Of a stretch of 64,000 bases of DNA, positions 54,201-64,000 are shown one piece after another; the first letter of the stretch is position 1; the number at the start of each line of letters is the position of its first letter. Both the position numbers and the translations under genes were made by a program. The notes under the pieces are model-generated. The model had not been told where the DNA came from and made no database searches. It was given only the letters and a program-made list of their open reading frames with translations. This DNA comes from Savitreella phatthalungensis (Eukaryota), in NCBI GenBank assembly GCA_051599415.1, contig AP039715.1, positions 186,001 to 250,000 of the forward strand, in the 5' to 3' direction.

Positions 54201-54407
54201 CTTCTCACCGGGCGCACGTATCGTTGTGAGTGTTGTGACGCGTCCATAGATCTCGAGCTCGTGTACAGGATCAAGTGTGTCATCCGCATAGAAGTGAATC
54301 AAGCTTGACGATGCCGTGGCAAGTGTCTGCCTCGAGGCCGATATGAAGTGCCCTGCACATGATAGACGCACGGAGGACGGTTTGGACGCCGTGACGACGT
54401 ACGCCAT
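51213..54407 (-). CDS. DDB1: DNA damage-binding protein 1 (CUL4 adaptor)
   Basis: MAYVVTASKPSSV, FLGSHYADSQL, NLGPIQDM, SGAYRDG.IRIVR.GVG, SDRPT, GDLMKSV, LARDY, FGTVDG.IG, FVDGDLIEKFL and a VEELSRLH terminus. Confidence 0.95.
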   Translation of the reverse strand: MAYVVTASKPSSVRLSCAGHFISASRQTLATASSSLIHFYADDTLDPVHELEIYGRVTTLTTIRAPGEKLDSLFVTTEDHRYFTLSYVDGAFETGVSGSMETPGMLSPETGHRVTTDDDMVVVFFYCGLITVLPFYNSAKRSKKRARDAGRTFGPACAIRVLEVKAHDIMLIDGVLTILYRDHQLLTHAKTYNVIYKRGEFDLEPHGSELRQLEAGTSMLLSLGAPGEFAAIGETEFGVMSAEKGFLRIPLETPTLFNSRTSAGWRKYILGDDYGLLWQFDFNASPPSVVRLEPPVDQTPLSIPATLRVFNDKYLFLGSHYADSQLLDLATLDLIASKTNLGPIQDMVLRSDSGSAGLNTLLTASGAYRDGCIRIVRYGVGMTDQAEIAIDNVRGIYGVTDLSVVVVAVVGGFIVLQVSADGHIEQLTAGEQDVVGAFSHAGKLFLVYKDAVVSYDGASELASLSLPGISAAKQYGEHVLLSQGSQLSLFKIIGKSLEKVASISLESEISSIELTEDTVIAGHWSSPALWVGNLKLQKSAEIPLGDGLVPHAILLRHLSTMDSPTLFVGATDGTLVTFAFDSSARAVSTRKQVTLGTISLSLHELQTPQGLNVFIISDRPTLAFAARGKISLSSVNIAGCAFFTSFECAALNSTMVVATDTGLRIGGIDSTQKLQYRAVPVGELVRRLVAFGEVYAALTMRLEVEQVTGNETQRSFVRIFDRETFELLETLELDNNEMCQSICVLDSRLLAVGTSITEEGVDECRSGRILLLAYDELTKTLSMTAQHETPGSVYCVADTRGQLVAGVNAYVYLYNVRESNGAVEVVQLSKQRSGTYAITMRASGSRVVYGDLMKSVVLSDVVASELRELARDYIPMWTTAVDFFGDAQGGGMIASEADGNLVLINLSESPLEELRERLDRTGSLHYGEMVNVFCAGAIVEPEDSGTRASGTASTHLVQPLSLFGTVDGTIGIVGRIASDQVNLLLELQSAMASVIQPVGGLNFFDWRGYRTPHVKVAEPSRFVDGDLIEKFLDFSADRKKSVADQVGQSVDHLETMVEELSRLH

Positions 54408-55458
54408 GGCTCGAGAGTAGACGGGACGTCGTGTGGGATGGGTGACGTCTCTCTTTTGGCTTGAGCGGGTGAACGGTAGGTTCGATTCTGTATGGTGATG
54501 ATCAATGCAATATGTGATCTCAATTCATGCGCGATGATCAATCTATCGATCGATCTGTTGAAAATCCGACTGACCAGAACCACAGAAATTGATCTGAGAA
54601 CATCATTCAGAAGTATTCCTGAAATGAAATTGTTCAGCTATCGAGATGAGCCACCTTGTCTGAGTGTCTAGAGACCGTGTCAACGTCACTGCGTATGCGT
54701 CCCCTACACAAGGCTTTTTGCACTCAATAGTCCTGTATATAGATGCCTTGCCATCCATGCGTACTTGTCATTGGAGTGTGGATCCAAATGAATCGCAAAT
54801 GGAGTTAAGGTTCCAATAATTCTGCAAACTGAACATGACCTGGAGCACATTAGCTGTCTGAGTGCTGTCTGAGCGCTGCGGTTGAGAGTCTGTTGGGCGA
54901 ATCCACGAATCTCAAACCCATCATCATGAATATCCCGCAAGCCGATTGATTTGGCACTCTTATTCAAGCAAGCATGCATCTGTAACATCCAGTCTACTTG
55001 ATACTTGAGAGTAATTGCCACAAAATGCAGTGTGCCAGCAGATGCATTGATGCACATGCAGTACATTGATTCGTTCAGATTGGTATAGTGTAGAATAGAT
55101 TATAGCCAAGTCAGAAATCGCCAGTCATTGCCACATTTCATTCACCCAGGACATACTTCAGTTCCTTCAGTATTGTTGAGTGCTAATGCATGGTATCCAC
55201 TCTCGATGTTTTGTAGCACATCTCCCATCTCCATATCTCTGCAGATAAAACCTGCATGTGATCAACTGACCCACATCCTTCCCTTTTGCACGTGAAATCG
55301 ATCATGATCACATATGATATCTAAAGCAATTTCCCCGCATCCTAGTCCATTCTCATTTGATTTCTATCTGATTTGATTCTGGCTAAATTTCCCTTTCTTT
55401 ATTAATTCCTCCTGCTCCTGATCGAAATCACAAGCTTCTCTCGTCCGTGGCTCTCAAA

Positions 55459-57002
55459 ATGGAGGGCATTCTACAGCCGCCAGTAAGTCAATTGAATAAC
55501 CTCATCCCATGGCTTCATCAGTGCAGGACGACACAAAGCCAGCACTGTAGACCCTATAGTTCACATGAAAGTGAATAGTTGGAATTCATCCCTGTTTGCT
55601 CTGAAGGTTTGACTCGGCGGCACTCCAATTGGTCATCGCCTAAATCAATCTACCACCACAATCTCCCCGAGGAGCCGCCAGCCAGCGAGCCAGGTAGCTA
55701 GCTAGCTAGCCAGCTAGCTCGCCGGACACCCCACTGTGCGTACCACACCAACACCTTTGACCTCCTCGTTGTCGTGTGCAGCTGACTCGGAAGCATCTCT
55801 GTCCTTGCGGGCCATTGCACTCTACGCATACACCACTGCACTCAGCGTTGAGCAATTCCCTAGATCTCATTGATATATCATACAAGCAAGATAGATAGTT
55901 AAGTGGTACTCGCTGCAAGACCATGAAGGACTTCCTCAGAGACATCCTCCACACAGTCTTGAGCTTCCTGACCTCATGGGACTCGCTCGAGAAAACGCTG
56001 GAGACATTCCGTAAGGTCTTGGCGTTGCCGCCCAAACGAGCACGTTTCATTGTCGCCTTGACAGCTCAGTCGTGGTTGAGCAACCGGAAGCACTACACTC
56101 GTGTCAAGAGTGGGTCGACCGAGGGCGTCTGGTTTGGACCGAATGTGCGGTCACGCGGATATAAGGCCATGCTGCAGCAGGGTGGCCCTGTCGTGTTCTA
56201 CATCCATGGTGGCGCATTCACCGTCGGCACGGCCAAGATGTGGTCGACCTCGTTCAGCGACATTGTCCAGGACCACAAGCGCAGGTACCACAAGGACCTG
56301 TTGATCTTCGCGATGGAGTACGACCTCGCTCCGGAAGCAGTCTACCCGCGCCAGCTGGACCAGTGTGCGGCAGCTTACGACTACCTGACGCGCGTCGAGA
56401 AGATCGACCCGAAGCGGATCATCATCTCAGGCGACTCGGCAGGTGGCAACCTGGCCATGTCCACCCTCTACCGCAACCGTTCCATCGGCTCTAGCCTCGG
56501 TGGAGCCCTCCTGTTCTCCCCCTGGGCCATGCCCACAGACTCCCTGCTGCTCGGTGGCGCAGCCAAGGTTCCCGAGGGCATGCCAGAGGAACTGCCAGAC
56601 GACCACACGTGGCACACGTGCGTCAAGACGGACTACGTCAATCTCGAATTCGGCTTTGCCGGCATCCAGGCGTACCTCGGCTACGGCAAGGTGATGTCGT
56701 ACGAGGCCGCGCTCAAGGACAAGGTCGTCAACCCGTACCTGCTCAGCGACAAGGAGATCAAGGACCACTTCCCTTCCAACGTCTTTGTCATCTACGGCGG
56801 CGGGGAGCGCCTTGGATCGAGCATCAAGGACTGGTGCGACCGCGCATCAAAGCAGATTCCAAACTTTGAGACCTACATCGGCAAGTCCGCCTGCCACGAC
56901 TTTGGTCTCAACCCAAAGACAAGCCCATCCCCACAGGCCTACCACGCCCACACTCAGGCAGTTTCAGACTGGATCGGCAAGACCATGATTCACTCTTCAT
57001 AA
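55459..57002 (+). CDS. HSL-family alpha/beta hydrolase (esterase/steryl acetyl hydrolase-like); probable join(55459..55482,55899..57002)
   Basis: FYIHGGAF, YDLAPE..YP, GDSAGGNL, FSPW, GGGE and CHDF motifs. The upstream mini-exon aaaATG..CCA|GTAAGT joins in frame at TAG|TTA (55899); the alternative start is 55923. Confidence 0.85.
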
Positions 57003-57087
57003 AACATCCAATCTATCGATTCTTGTGTCATTTCCATTTCATTAACAACTGCCCAATCCAATTACATCCTCACCTGAACACATTCCA

Positions 57088-58410
57088 TCAATCTGCCTGT
57101 GACTCTCGCTCGCGCGTGCGCTCGAAAATTGTCCTGATCATGTCGTTGCCGAGGCGAGTGGCGTCCTGGAAGCGTGGGCGGAAGTAAGCTTGGACGTGCT
57201 CGAATCGTTTGCGGTATGACTCGAAATCGTTGTACTCGACAATGTCGGACCAGCCTCTTGCGGCAAAGGTGAACTCTAGGTCGTCGCTCCTGAATCTGTG
57301 GTCGTGCAAGGCGGCGTGGATGGTCTGGTCGAGGAGGGCGGGCTGTCGGAAGAGGTACTCTGTGACGCCAAGCCAGAGGCGGAAGAGCGGCGTGGAGCAG
57401 ATCATGTGGTCGTAAGGGACGATATCCATCCTGTGCCAGCAGTCGACCATGGCCAGCAGGGACAAGTGAGAATTCGGCACAGACGGTCTCCCATCAGGCG
57501 GGACGGAACCGAGTGAAAACCGATCAAGCACGTCATCCTGCAGAAGCAAATCCTCGCGCTTCACCTCCAATCGCCCAAACACAAACTCCCCAGCAGCCCT
57601 GATCCGCTGCTCAAATGCGGCGTGCTCACCTTGGAGCATGAGCTTGAAGAGCTCGGTGACAGAGGTCGCGTATTGGCGGATCTGGAGACGGGCGTGTGGA
57701 TTGAGAATGGCGAGGCCAGCGTAGACGTGCCATTTGTTTGAGAGTATGCGTAGGGTGATGTTGATCTTGACATTCTCGACGCCGGCGAGCCAGCGGGACA
57801 CTTCCCAGGGAAATTGGTCGTTCGAGAACCATGCGACACCCATTGATAGAAAGGCAGCGTGGAGGACGGCCTGGGTGTCGGCGGTAATGCGATCGTGCTC
57901 AACGGCCGTCAGCCTGACGAGCTTGCTGTCGAAGCACTCGAGCACCTTGCGCACGCGGTCGTACGATTCCTCGGAGCACCTGTGCGGTACGACCACGAGC
58001 GGCTGGCCGCGAGGATCAACGCCAGGCCCGTGCAGCGAGTGGCACGTCACGATCTCCACGTCCTCGGGCAGATGCTTCTCGAACGCTGCAATCTCAGGCG
58101 CCTTGCACGACGTCTGACCCCCAACGACAGCACCGATCCGCGTAGACGGCCCAAACTCACCCACAACCCGGTCAATCAATCCAGCCTCGACAGCGTACAG
58201 GATGTAGTCACACTTGCGAGACACCAAGTGTCCACTCTCCAGAATCGTTATCCGATCGTCCCCACAAAACTCAGACACAAGAGAATCGTACTTGCTGGGC
58301 AGATCACATGCATACACAGCGTATCCAGCACGAGACCATCGTCGTGCGTACATCTTCCCCATGTCACCCATCCCGATGATCCCAATCGATCTGATCTCCC
58401 CCATCGTCAT
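57088..58410 (-). CDS. TYR1: prephenate dehydrogenase (NADP+)
   Basis: IGIIGMGDMGKMYA, GGQTSCKAPEI, CHSLHGP, HDRITADTQAV.HAAFLSMG and NKWHVYAGLAILNP. First ATG is at 58410. Confidence 0.96.
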   Translation of the reverse strand: MTMGEIRSIGIIGMGDMGKMYARRWSRAGYAVYACDLPSKYDSLVSEFCGDDRITILESGHLVSRKCDYILYAVEAGLIDRVVGEFGPSTRIGAVVGGQTSCKAPEIAAFEKHLPEDVEIVTCHSLHGPGVDPRGQPLVVVPHRCSEESYDRVRKVLECFDSKLVRLTAVEHDRITADTQAVLHAAFLSMGVAWFSNDQFPWEVSRWLAGVENVKINITLRILSNKWHVYAGLAILNPHARLQIRQYATSVTELFKLMLQGEHAAFEQRIRAAGEFVFGRLEVKREDLLLQDDVLDRFSLGSVPPDGRPSVPNSHLSLLAMVDCWHRMDIVPYDHMICSTPLFRLWLGVTEYLFRQPALLDQTIHAALHDHRFRSDDLEFTFAARGWSDIVEYNDFESYRKRFEHVQAYFRPRFQDATRLGNDMIRTIFERTRERESQAD

Positions 58411-59818
58411 GGCGTCCACACTGGGAACAGAGGAGGAGGCGGAAGAAGAAGAAGAGGGAGACAGAAATTAAAGCGCCTGGTAAATTGTGATCTATCAGCG
58501 AGCTAGAATGTCTGAAGGACACGTCTTTGTTTGCTTTCAGCAAGTCGATAGGAGCTCGGAAATCCAGGACAGAAGTTAGGTGAAGCTTATCAAGCGAGTA
58601 GATGAGTGAGGGAGAGAGGGAGAGAGTGATTGAGAGTGGTTGAGAGTGAAGACGGTGTTTTGTGCATTCAGTGGAGAAAGAAGATGAGAGTGAGCAATAC
58701 AGGGTATCACTGACCCTGACGTTGAATGCACGGGATGCAACATCTGTCTATGCGGCGGGCTGGATATAGAGTACGTAAATGTTTATGTTTGTATATGAGT
58801 ACATGTGATCGAGTGCATATGAGTACTTGAGATCGGATGCATGATGTGAATTAGATTCAGTGATTATCATGCAGTGTATCCCCTTCAATGAATAGCGCGA
58901 ATGAGACTATAGTAGTTCGAAGAATTGAAGGGATTTCATCCTTTGCTCAAGGAATATAATCAATAATTCATTCTCTACTAAATATAAGGAAATCTCTAGA
59001 GACTGAAGTTTTGACGGGATAAATACGTCATGCACCGATCTAATCGTCAATTTCCAGACGCAAAAGCTAAGGAATTTCTTGTGAGATTCTTATGCTTGGC
59101 ATAGAACAAGTTGGGTTGTCCAATGAATTCAATGAAATGCGGCGGGATAGAAGATATATCCATGATCTCGGAATAGTCAATTAACATGAATTTTAATTTT
59201 TGAATCAATTGTTTTATAACTCCAGGAGACAACAACATAGCTAGTACAGCGCATCAGCAGCACTCACTCATACTCTCACTCTCTCACTCAGTCACTCATA
59301 CCACCAGCACGAACCATCAGCACAACCATCAGTACTAACCTTCTGTCGAACTATCAACCCATCGGAACGCTCAAGCACACACGCACAACCACGCACACAG
59401 ACCTCCATAGAAGCATTCACACCTAGCGCATATACTCCTCCACACCAGAGGCCTACAGGCAGAGAGAAAAGGTCTCGGGAAGATCACATTCGGGCGGATT
59501 CTATTCATCCCTCTGTCCTGACTCCTTTCCAGCAATCACACGCACGTCATTCAGATCCTCAGCATTCACGCGTCATCACAACTACATCAACCTGGCCGTC
59601 TGGCAGGCAAGATCGTGAATCTTTCTGACCATTTGTAAAGAAGTGCTGTGCTTCCACTGCTGCCTCATCAGAACACACGTCATTCTGTGCATGCGATTTA
59701 TCCAACCACAATAACTGCCTAACCTCTTGTTCATAGTGCGTACGCGCAAGGCTCCAAATCCCTTCGGCTTCTCTCAGTCACTCCATCAAAGACTCACAAG
59801 CGCTCAGATTCCAGCATC

Positions 59819-62800
59819 ATGGCAGAGCAGCATGACAGAGACTCCCTCGATGCAAAGATTCGCGATGTCAAGCGAAAGATTCAGCGCGAGTCTGAGCTCA
59901 TCGAGGGGTCAGTACGTATGAGGCAGAAGGCGAATCCTGTCGTCCAGCAGGCGTTAGACTCGAAGATCCGAGAGGGTCAAAAGAATATCAGCTACTTGCA
60001 GCAGTCACTACGCAAACTGCAGCTCAGCACTTCCACGGGCACAAGAGACGGCTCTTCTGCAAGGGGATATCCAGATGCACCAGCAGTCCCTCCAAAGGAT
60101 GACTACGACATGATGCTCCCTCATCCTCGGCCCTTGTATGCTCAACAACCCGGGCCGGGTATACCCAAAGCGAGACACTACACGAAACTCGACCTTATCA
60201 AGTACGATACCCCCCACACGACCGCCAAGATCGCTCTCATGCTACAACAACTCCAATTCAAGCTCACTGTCGAACACCAGTACAAGGAAGGCATTGAGAA
60301 AATGCTACAACTGTACGAAATTGAAGGTGAGCGGAGGGCAAAAGCGGACGCAAAGGCTAAGCTTGTCGAGTCAGCGCAGAAGCTTCAAATTCTCAAACGA
60401 GCGCTAAAGCGGTACGAAGACCTGCATGTCGACATCGATGAGGAGCCAGACAACGGCAATGACGATGACTCCTTGAATGCTCCCAATATGCGCAAACCCC
60501 TCTCGGGCGTGCTCAAGATTTCCATCAAAGCCGTTCGCGAAGCAGACCACACGACGACATCGCGTTTTGGAAGAAGTCCAGAAACCTTCGTCACCGTCAA
60601 GGTCGAAGACAACGTCCTTGCCAAGACTGCCAAAGTCCGTACCGACAAATGGTTTGAAGACTTCAGCCTGCGTGTCGACAAGGCGAATGAGGTCGAGATC
60701 ACCGTCTATGACAAGACGAGCGACAATCCCATGCCGATCGGACTCTTGTGGATCAGACTTTCAGATATCGTCGATGAGCTCCGTCGTCGCAAGATCGAGC
60801 AGGAGGTCGAGTCAAGCGGCTGGGTCTCCGCCGATCTCACACAGCCTGGTAGTGCTAACCCAGCCGGCACTCCGGCGGCCGGCTACAATGCATCTTCGTA
60901 CATCGGTGACGGTTACGATCTAGTGCGTCCAACGAGCGCTCGTGTGCCTCCTCCAGGAGGCGGTCCTGCCGATCCGTCGATGCCATCTGGCACCGAAGCC
61001 TGGTTTGCGCTTGAGCCCAACGGTCAGATACTGTTGTCACTTGACTTCATCAAAGACACAACAGGCCAGACTAATGGCGCAGCCAATCTTCGTGGCGGTC
61101 TGCGTCGTCAAGCGGCCATCCGACAGCGCAAGGAGGAAGTGCACGAAATGTACGGACACAAGTTCGTGCAACAGCAGTTCTACCAGATCATGCGCTGTGC
61201 CCTCTGTGGCGAGTTTCTCAAGAACGCTGCAGGCTATCAATGCGAGGACTGCCGTTACACCTGCCATAAAAAGTGCTATCCGAAGGTTGTCACAAAATGT
61301 ATCTCGAAGAGTAACGCGGAATCCGATCCAGATGAGGCGAAGCTCAACCACCGCATCCCTCATCGTTTCGAGCCGCTCACCAACATTTCAGCCAACTGGT
61401 GCTGTCACTGTGGCTACCTCTTGCCGCTTGGTAAAAAGAATGCTCGCAAGTGTAGCGAGTGCAGCCTGACATGCCACACCACCTGCTCTCATCTCGTACC
61501 AGACTTCTGCGGTATGTCCATGGAGATGGCGAACCAGATCCTCGGCACCATCGCAGAGTCACAGCATACCATTCGCAACAAACCTAGGTCAAGCATGACT
61601 GCCAACATGAATGGCGGTCTCACTGGCAACAGAGCACAGCGCAGACCGGTGTATTCCACAGAGCCCTCATTCATGCCGAGTGACGACCCCAGCAGACCTT
61701 CAACATCGCGTCTGCAGACTCAGATTCCTGGACGATCACCAGTGGATCCTGCTGCGGCTGCTGTTAGCGCTCTCGATCGTACCGGCAGCAGTCGCTCGCC
61801 GCTTGCGTCTCCTGCATCAGAGAGGCCGCCGCGTCCCCAGGTGCCACGCATGACCAGTGCTGCCGCGGCTGCAGCTGCTGCTGCCTCTATGGCCTTGTCT
61901 AGCGGCACACAGCAGCAGCAATCGTCAAGACCACCTGCCTCACATCGTCAGAGCTACCAGTCCCATGTACAACGTCCCAGTATCGCAACCTCCGTCCAGT
62001 CCTCGACGACCACCCCGGTCGACGGTCCTGCCGGTGGTATGCGACTACCAGAAGTTGCTCCGATCTCTCCAATTCTTGATCGCAGCAGCAATTTCACCCA
62101 GGACGACTCGCCAAGTAACGGTGATGCATCAGCCCCGGCACTAGCTCCTGCGCACGACATCGTGGCGGAGGTAAAGGCTGCAGAGGCTATTCCCACGCCT
62201 CGCAATAAGAAGGTTGGTCTTGCAGATTTCAACTTCATCGCTGTGCTTGGTAAGGGCAATTTCGGTAAGGTCATGCTTGCAGAGTACAAGGCAACTCGGA
62301 AACTGTACGCTATCAAGGTCCTCAAGAAGGACTTCATTATCGAGAACGACGAAGTCGAGAGCACGCGGTCAGAGAAGCGGATCTTCCTTGTCGCGAACAA
62401 AGAGCGTCATCCGTTCCTCATCAATCTCCATTCCGCTTTCCAGACAGAGACACGCGTCTACTTTGTCATGGACTATGTGTCAGGAGGTGACCTGATGCTC
62501 CACATCCAGAAGGAGCAATTCGGTCGTGCTCGTGCGCGCTTTTACGCAGCAGAGGTCTGTCTCGCATTGAAGTACTTCCACGCTAACGGTATCATCTACC
62601 GTGATCTCAAGCTCGACAATATCTTGCTCGGCACCGATGGCCACATCAAGGTGGCGGACTATGGTCTCTGCAAGGAGAATATGTGGCCGGGACAGACGAC
62701 GAGCACCTTCTGTGGTACTCCTGAGTTCATGGCGCCCGAGATACTCTCATCCACTAGCTACACGCGAGCTGTCGATTGGTGGGCCTTCGGTGTCCTCATC

Positions 62801-63208
62801 TACCAAATGCTGCTCGGCCAATCACCGTTCCGCGGTGATGACGAAGACGAAATCTTCGACGCCGTTCTGTCGGATGAGCCTCTGTATCCGATCCACATGC
62901 CCCGAGACTCTGTGGATATCCTTCGCAAGCTGTTGACACGCGAGCCGGAGAAGCGACTCGGCTGTGGTCCTGAAGACGCTCTGGAGGTCATGCGCCATCC
63001 CTTCTTTGCTGACATCAACTGGGATGACATCTACCACAAGCGTGTCAAGCCTTCGTTCGTGCCTCACCTCCGTGACGCCACGGACGTCTCCAACTTCGAT
63101 GACGAATTCACAAGAGAGCAACCAAAGCTCACGCCTGTTCCATCTGTCCTGACACCAGCGATGCAAGAGCAATTCCGAGGATTCTCAGTCACCTGCGGCG
63201 ACATCTAA
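59819..63208 (+). CDS. PKC1: fungal protein kinase C
   Basis: Two HR1 repeats, C2, pseudosubstrate [11 protein letters not shown], two C1 domains, kinase GKGNFGKV...[12 protein letters not shown], the fungal NFD motif and FRGFS. Confidence 0.97.
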   Translation: MAEQHDRDSLDAKIRDVKRKIQRESELIEGSVRMRQKANPVVQQALDSKIREGQKNISYLQQSLRKLQLSTSTGTRDGSSARGYPDAPAVPPKDDYDMMLPHPRPLYAQQPGPGIPKARHYTKLDLIKYDTPHTTAKIALMLQQLQFKLTVEHQYKEGIEKMLQLYEIEGERRAKADAKAKLVESAQKLQILKRALKRYEDLHVDIDEEPDNGNDDDSLNAPNMRKPLSGVLKISIKAVREADHTTTSRFGRSPETFVTVKVEDNVLAKTAKVRTDKWFEDFSLRVDKANEVEITVYDKTSDNPMPIGLLWIRLSDIVDELRRRKIEQEVESSGWVSADLTQPGSANPAGTPAAGYNASSYIGDGYDLVRPTSARVPPPGGGPADPSMPSGTEAWFALEPNGQILLSLDFIKDTTGQTNGAANLRGGLRRQAAIRQRKEEVHEMYGHKFVQQQFYQIMRCALCGEFLKNAAGYQCEDCRYTCHKKCYPKVVTKCISKSNAESDPDEAKLNHRIPHRFEPLTNISANWCCHCGYLLPLGKKNARKCSECSLTCHTTCSHLVPDFCGMSMEMANQILGTIAESQHTIRNKPRSSMTANMNGGLTGNRAQRRPVYSTEPSFMPSDDPSRPSTSRLQTQIPGRSPVDPAAAAVSALDRTGSSRSPLASPASERPPRPQVPRMTSAAAAAAAAASMALSSGTQQQQSSRPPASHRQSYQSHVQRPSIATSVQSSTTTPVDGPAGGMRLPEVAPISPILDRSSNFTQDDSPSNGDASAPALAPAHDIVAEVKAAEAIPTPRNKKVGLADFNFIAVLGKGNFGKVMLAEYKATRKLYAIKVLKKDFIIENDEVESTRSEKRIFLVANKERHPFLINLHSAFQTETRVYFVMDYVSGGDLMLHIQKEQFGRARARFYAAEVCLALKYFHANGIIYRDLKLDNILLGTDGHIKVADYGLCKENMWPGQTTSTFCGTPEFMAPEILSSTSYTRAVDWWAFGVLIYQMLLGQSPFRGDDEDEIFDAVLSDEPLYPIHMPRDSVDILRKLLTREPEKRLGCGPEDALEVMRHPFFADINWDDIYHKRVKPSFVPHLRDATDVSNFDDEFTREQPKLTPVPSVLTPAMQEQFRGFSVTCGDI

Positions 63209-63630
63209 GTCCTTTCATCCAGAAATCCAATGACTGCCCCCCTTTCGACAACTCTCTACCTCAATTCTTGCACACTTCAACAAGCATGTAGACTATCCAT
63301 ACGAATCCTCATCCTCAGATCACCTCAGCCCACTGTCTCTCTTGCTCCGCCGCTGTAGCCATGAAGTCTCTTTGCAGAACACCCTTGGTCTTGCATCAGA
63401 ATGAAGTTCTGCTTGAGAAGAATTTCACAACGTGATGCTAAATTTAGAGAAGCGATCAAATGCATGATGATTCAAAAGCTTGCGTACTCTCTGAGGTCAT
63501 CGTTTCCATATGAACGAGATCGATTCAGACCATGTACAACTTCCGACGTATTGACAATCCGAAGCAACAATAAGCACGTCCTTGACGCGTATCCACCGAG
63601 ATTATACTAGCTCGACGCTGATCTGGCGAC

Positions 63631-63918
63631 ATGTCATCTCATGGTGATTCAGATGACAGACGTCCACCAGCTGCAGCGCGTCGCAAAGGTCTGAATTTCG
63701 CACCGCAACCATTAGCCACTCACGGCAAGTCTCGCAATGCAAATCCGTCAACGGAACAAGAGCGACCACTTCTGCCTCTAGAAGAGCGTCGTGCTCGAGT
63801 CCGACAAGAGCACACAAAGTATGCTGCAAAGCCGCAGTTTGCTCCCACGAATGACCCATTTCCTTCAGTCTCTGATCTTGGCGCTACTGCCGAGGCATCG
63901 AACTCTTTTCCTGTATCA

Positions 63919-63949
<31 letters not shown>

Positions 63950-64000
63950 GAAACCACGATCGGCCGAAGACTCAAGACACGAATGACTGGCGAGCTACCA
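63631..64000 (+). CDS. 5' part of an unidentified protein with poly-Q (runs off the window end)
   Basis: ATG at 63631 opens a frame (MSSHGDSDDRRPPAARRKGLNFAPQP...QQQQQQQQQ...) with no stop to the window end; the CAG run reads as poly-Gln. Confidence 0.65.

Noticed and set aside
14261..54407. Apparent functional clustering of ubiquitin/SUMO genes (ULP1, ELC1, RING-TRAF, DDB1) or RNA-processing genes (CCA, UPF3, DBR1)
   Set aside because: They are scattered among unrelated housekeeping genes; these categories are large enough to co-occur by chance.
55483..55898. TPP riboswitch in the long intron
   Set aside because: The conserved TPP aptamer elements (GCUGAG, CCUGAU...GAUAA...GCG) were not found, and the gene is not thiamine-related.

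Overview
Compact, GC-rich, very intron-poor fungal (ascomycete) chromosome segment with about 33 protein genes and one intron-containing tRNA-Tyr(GTA). Gene style (Clr2, an anchor-less human/S. pombe-type Dpm1, few short GT-AG introns with CTRAC branch sites, tiny intergenic gaps) suggests Taphrinomycotina; this is inference. Most genes are housekeeping: an Nrc-2/Fpk1-type kinase, ALG2, AP-3 beta, DPM1, ULP1, ELC1, a tRNA nucleotidyltransferase, YVC1, PPCDC, importin-9, ERV14, UPF3, SIT4, DBR1, BUB3, ZPR1, VPS25, PRMT5, uL24m, DDB1, TYR1 and PKC1. The exception is an ~8 kb gene-sparse accessory island (about 27.9-35.9 kb) between importin-9 and ERV14. It holds a secreted AA11-type LPMO with three cysteine-rich modules and a convergent pair of TATA-driven orphan genes, followed by decayed coding-like sequence. 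One orphan has a motif order resembling fungal gasdermins (RCD-1 type). The other has an amphipathic beta-hairpin like those of beta-pore-forming proteins. This pair is the best candidate for an undescribed cell-death/allorecognition system, but it rests on by-eye motif comparison and needs HMM or structure confirmation.
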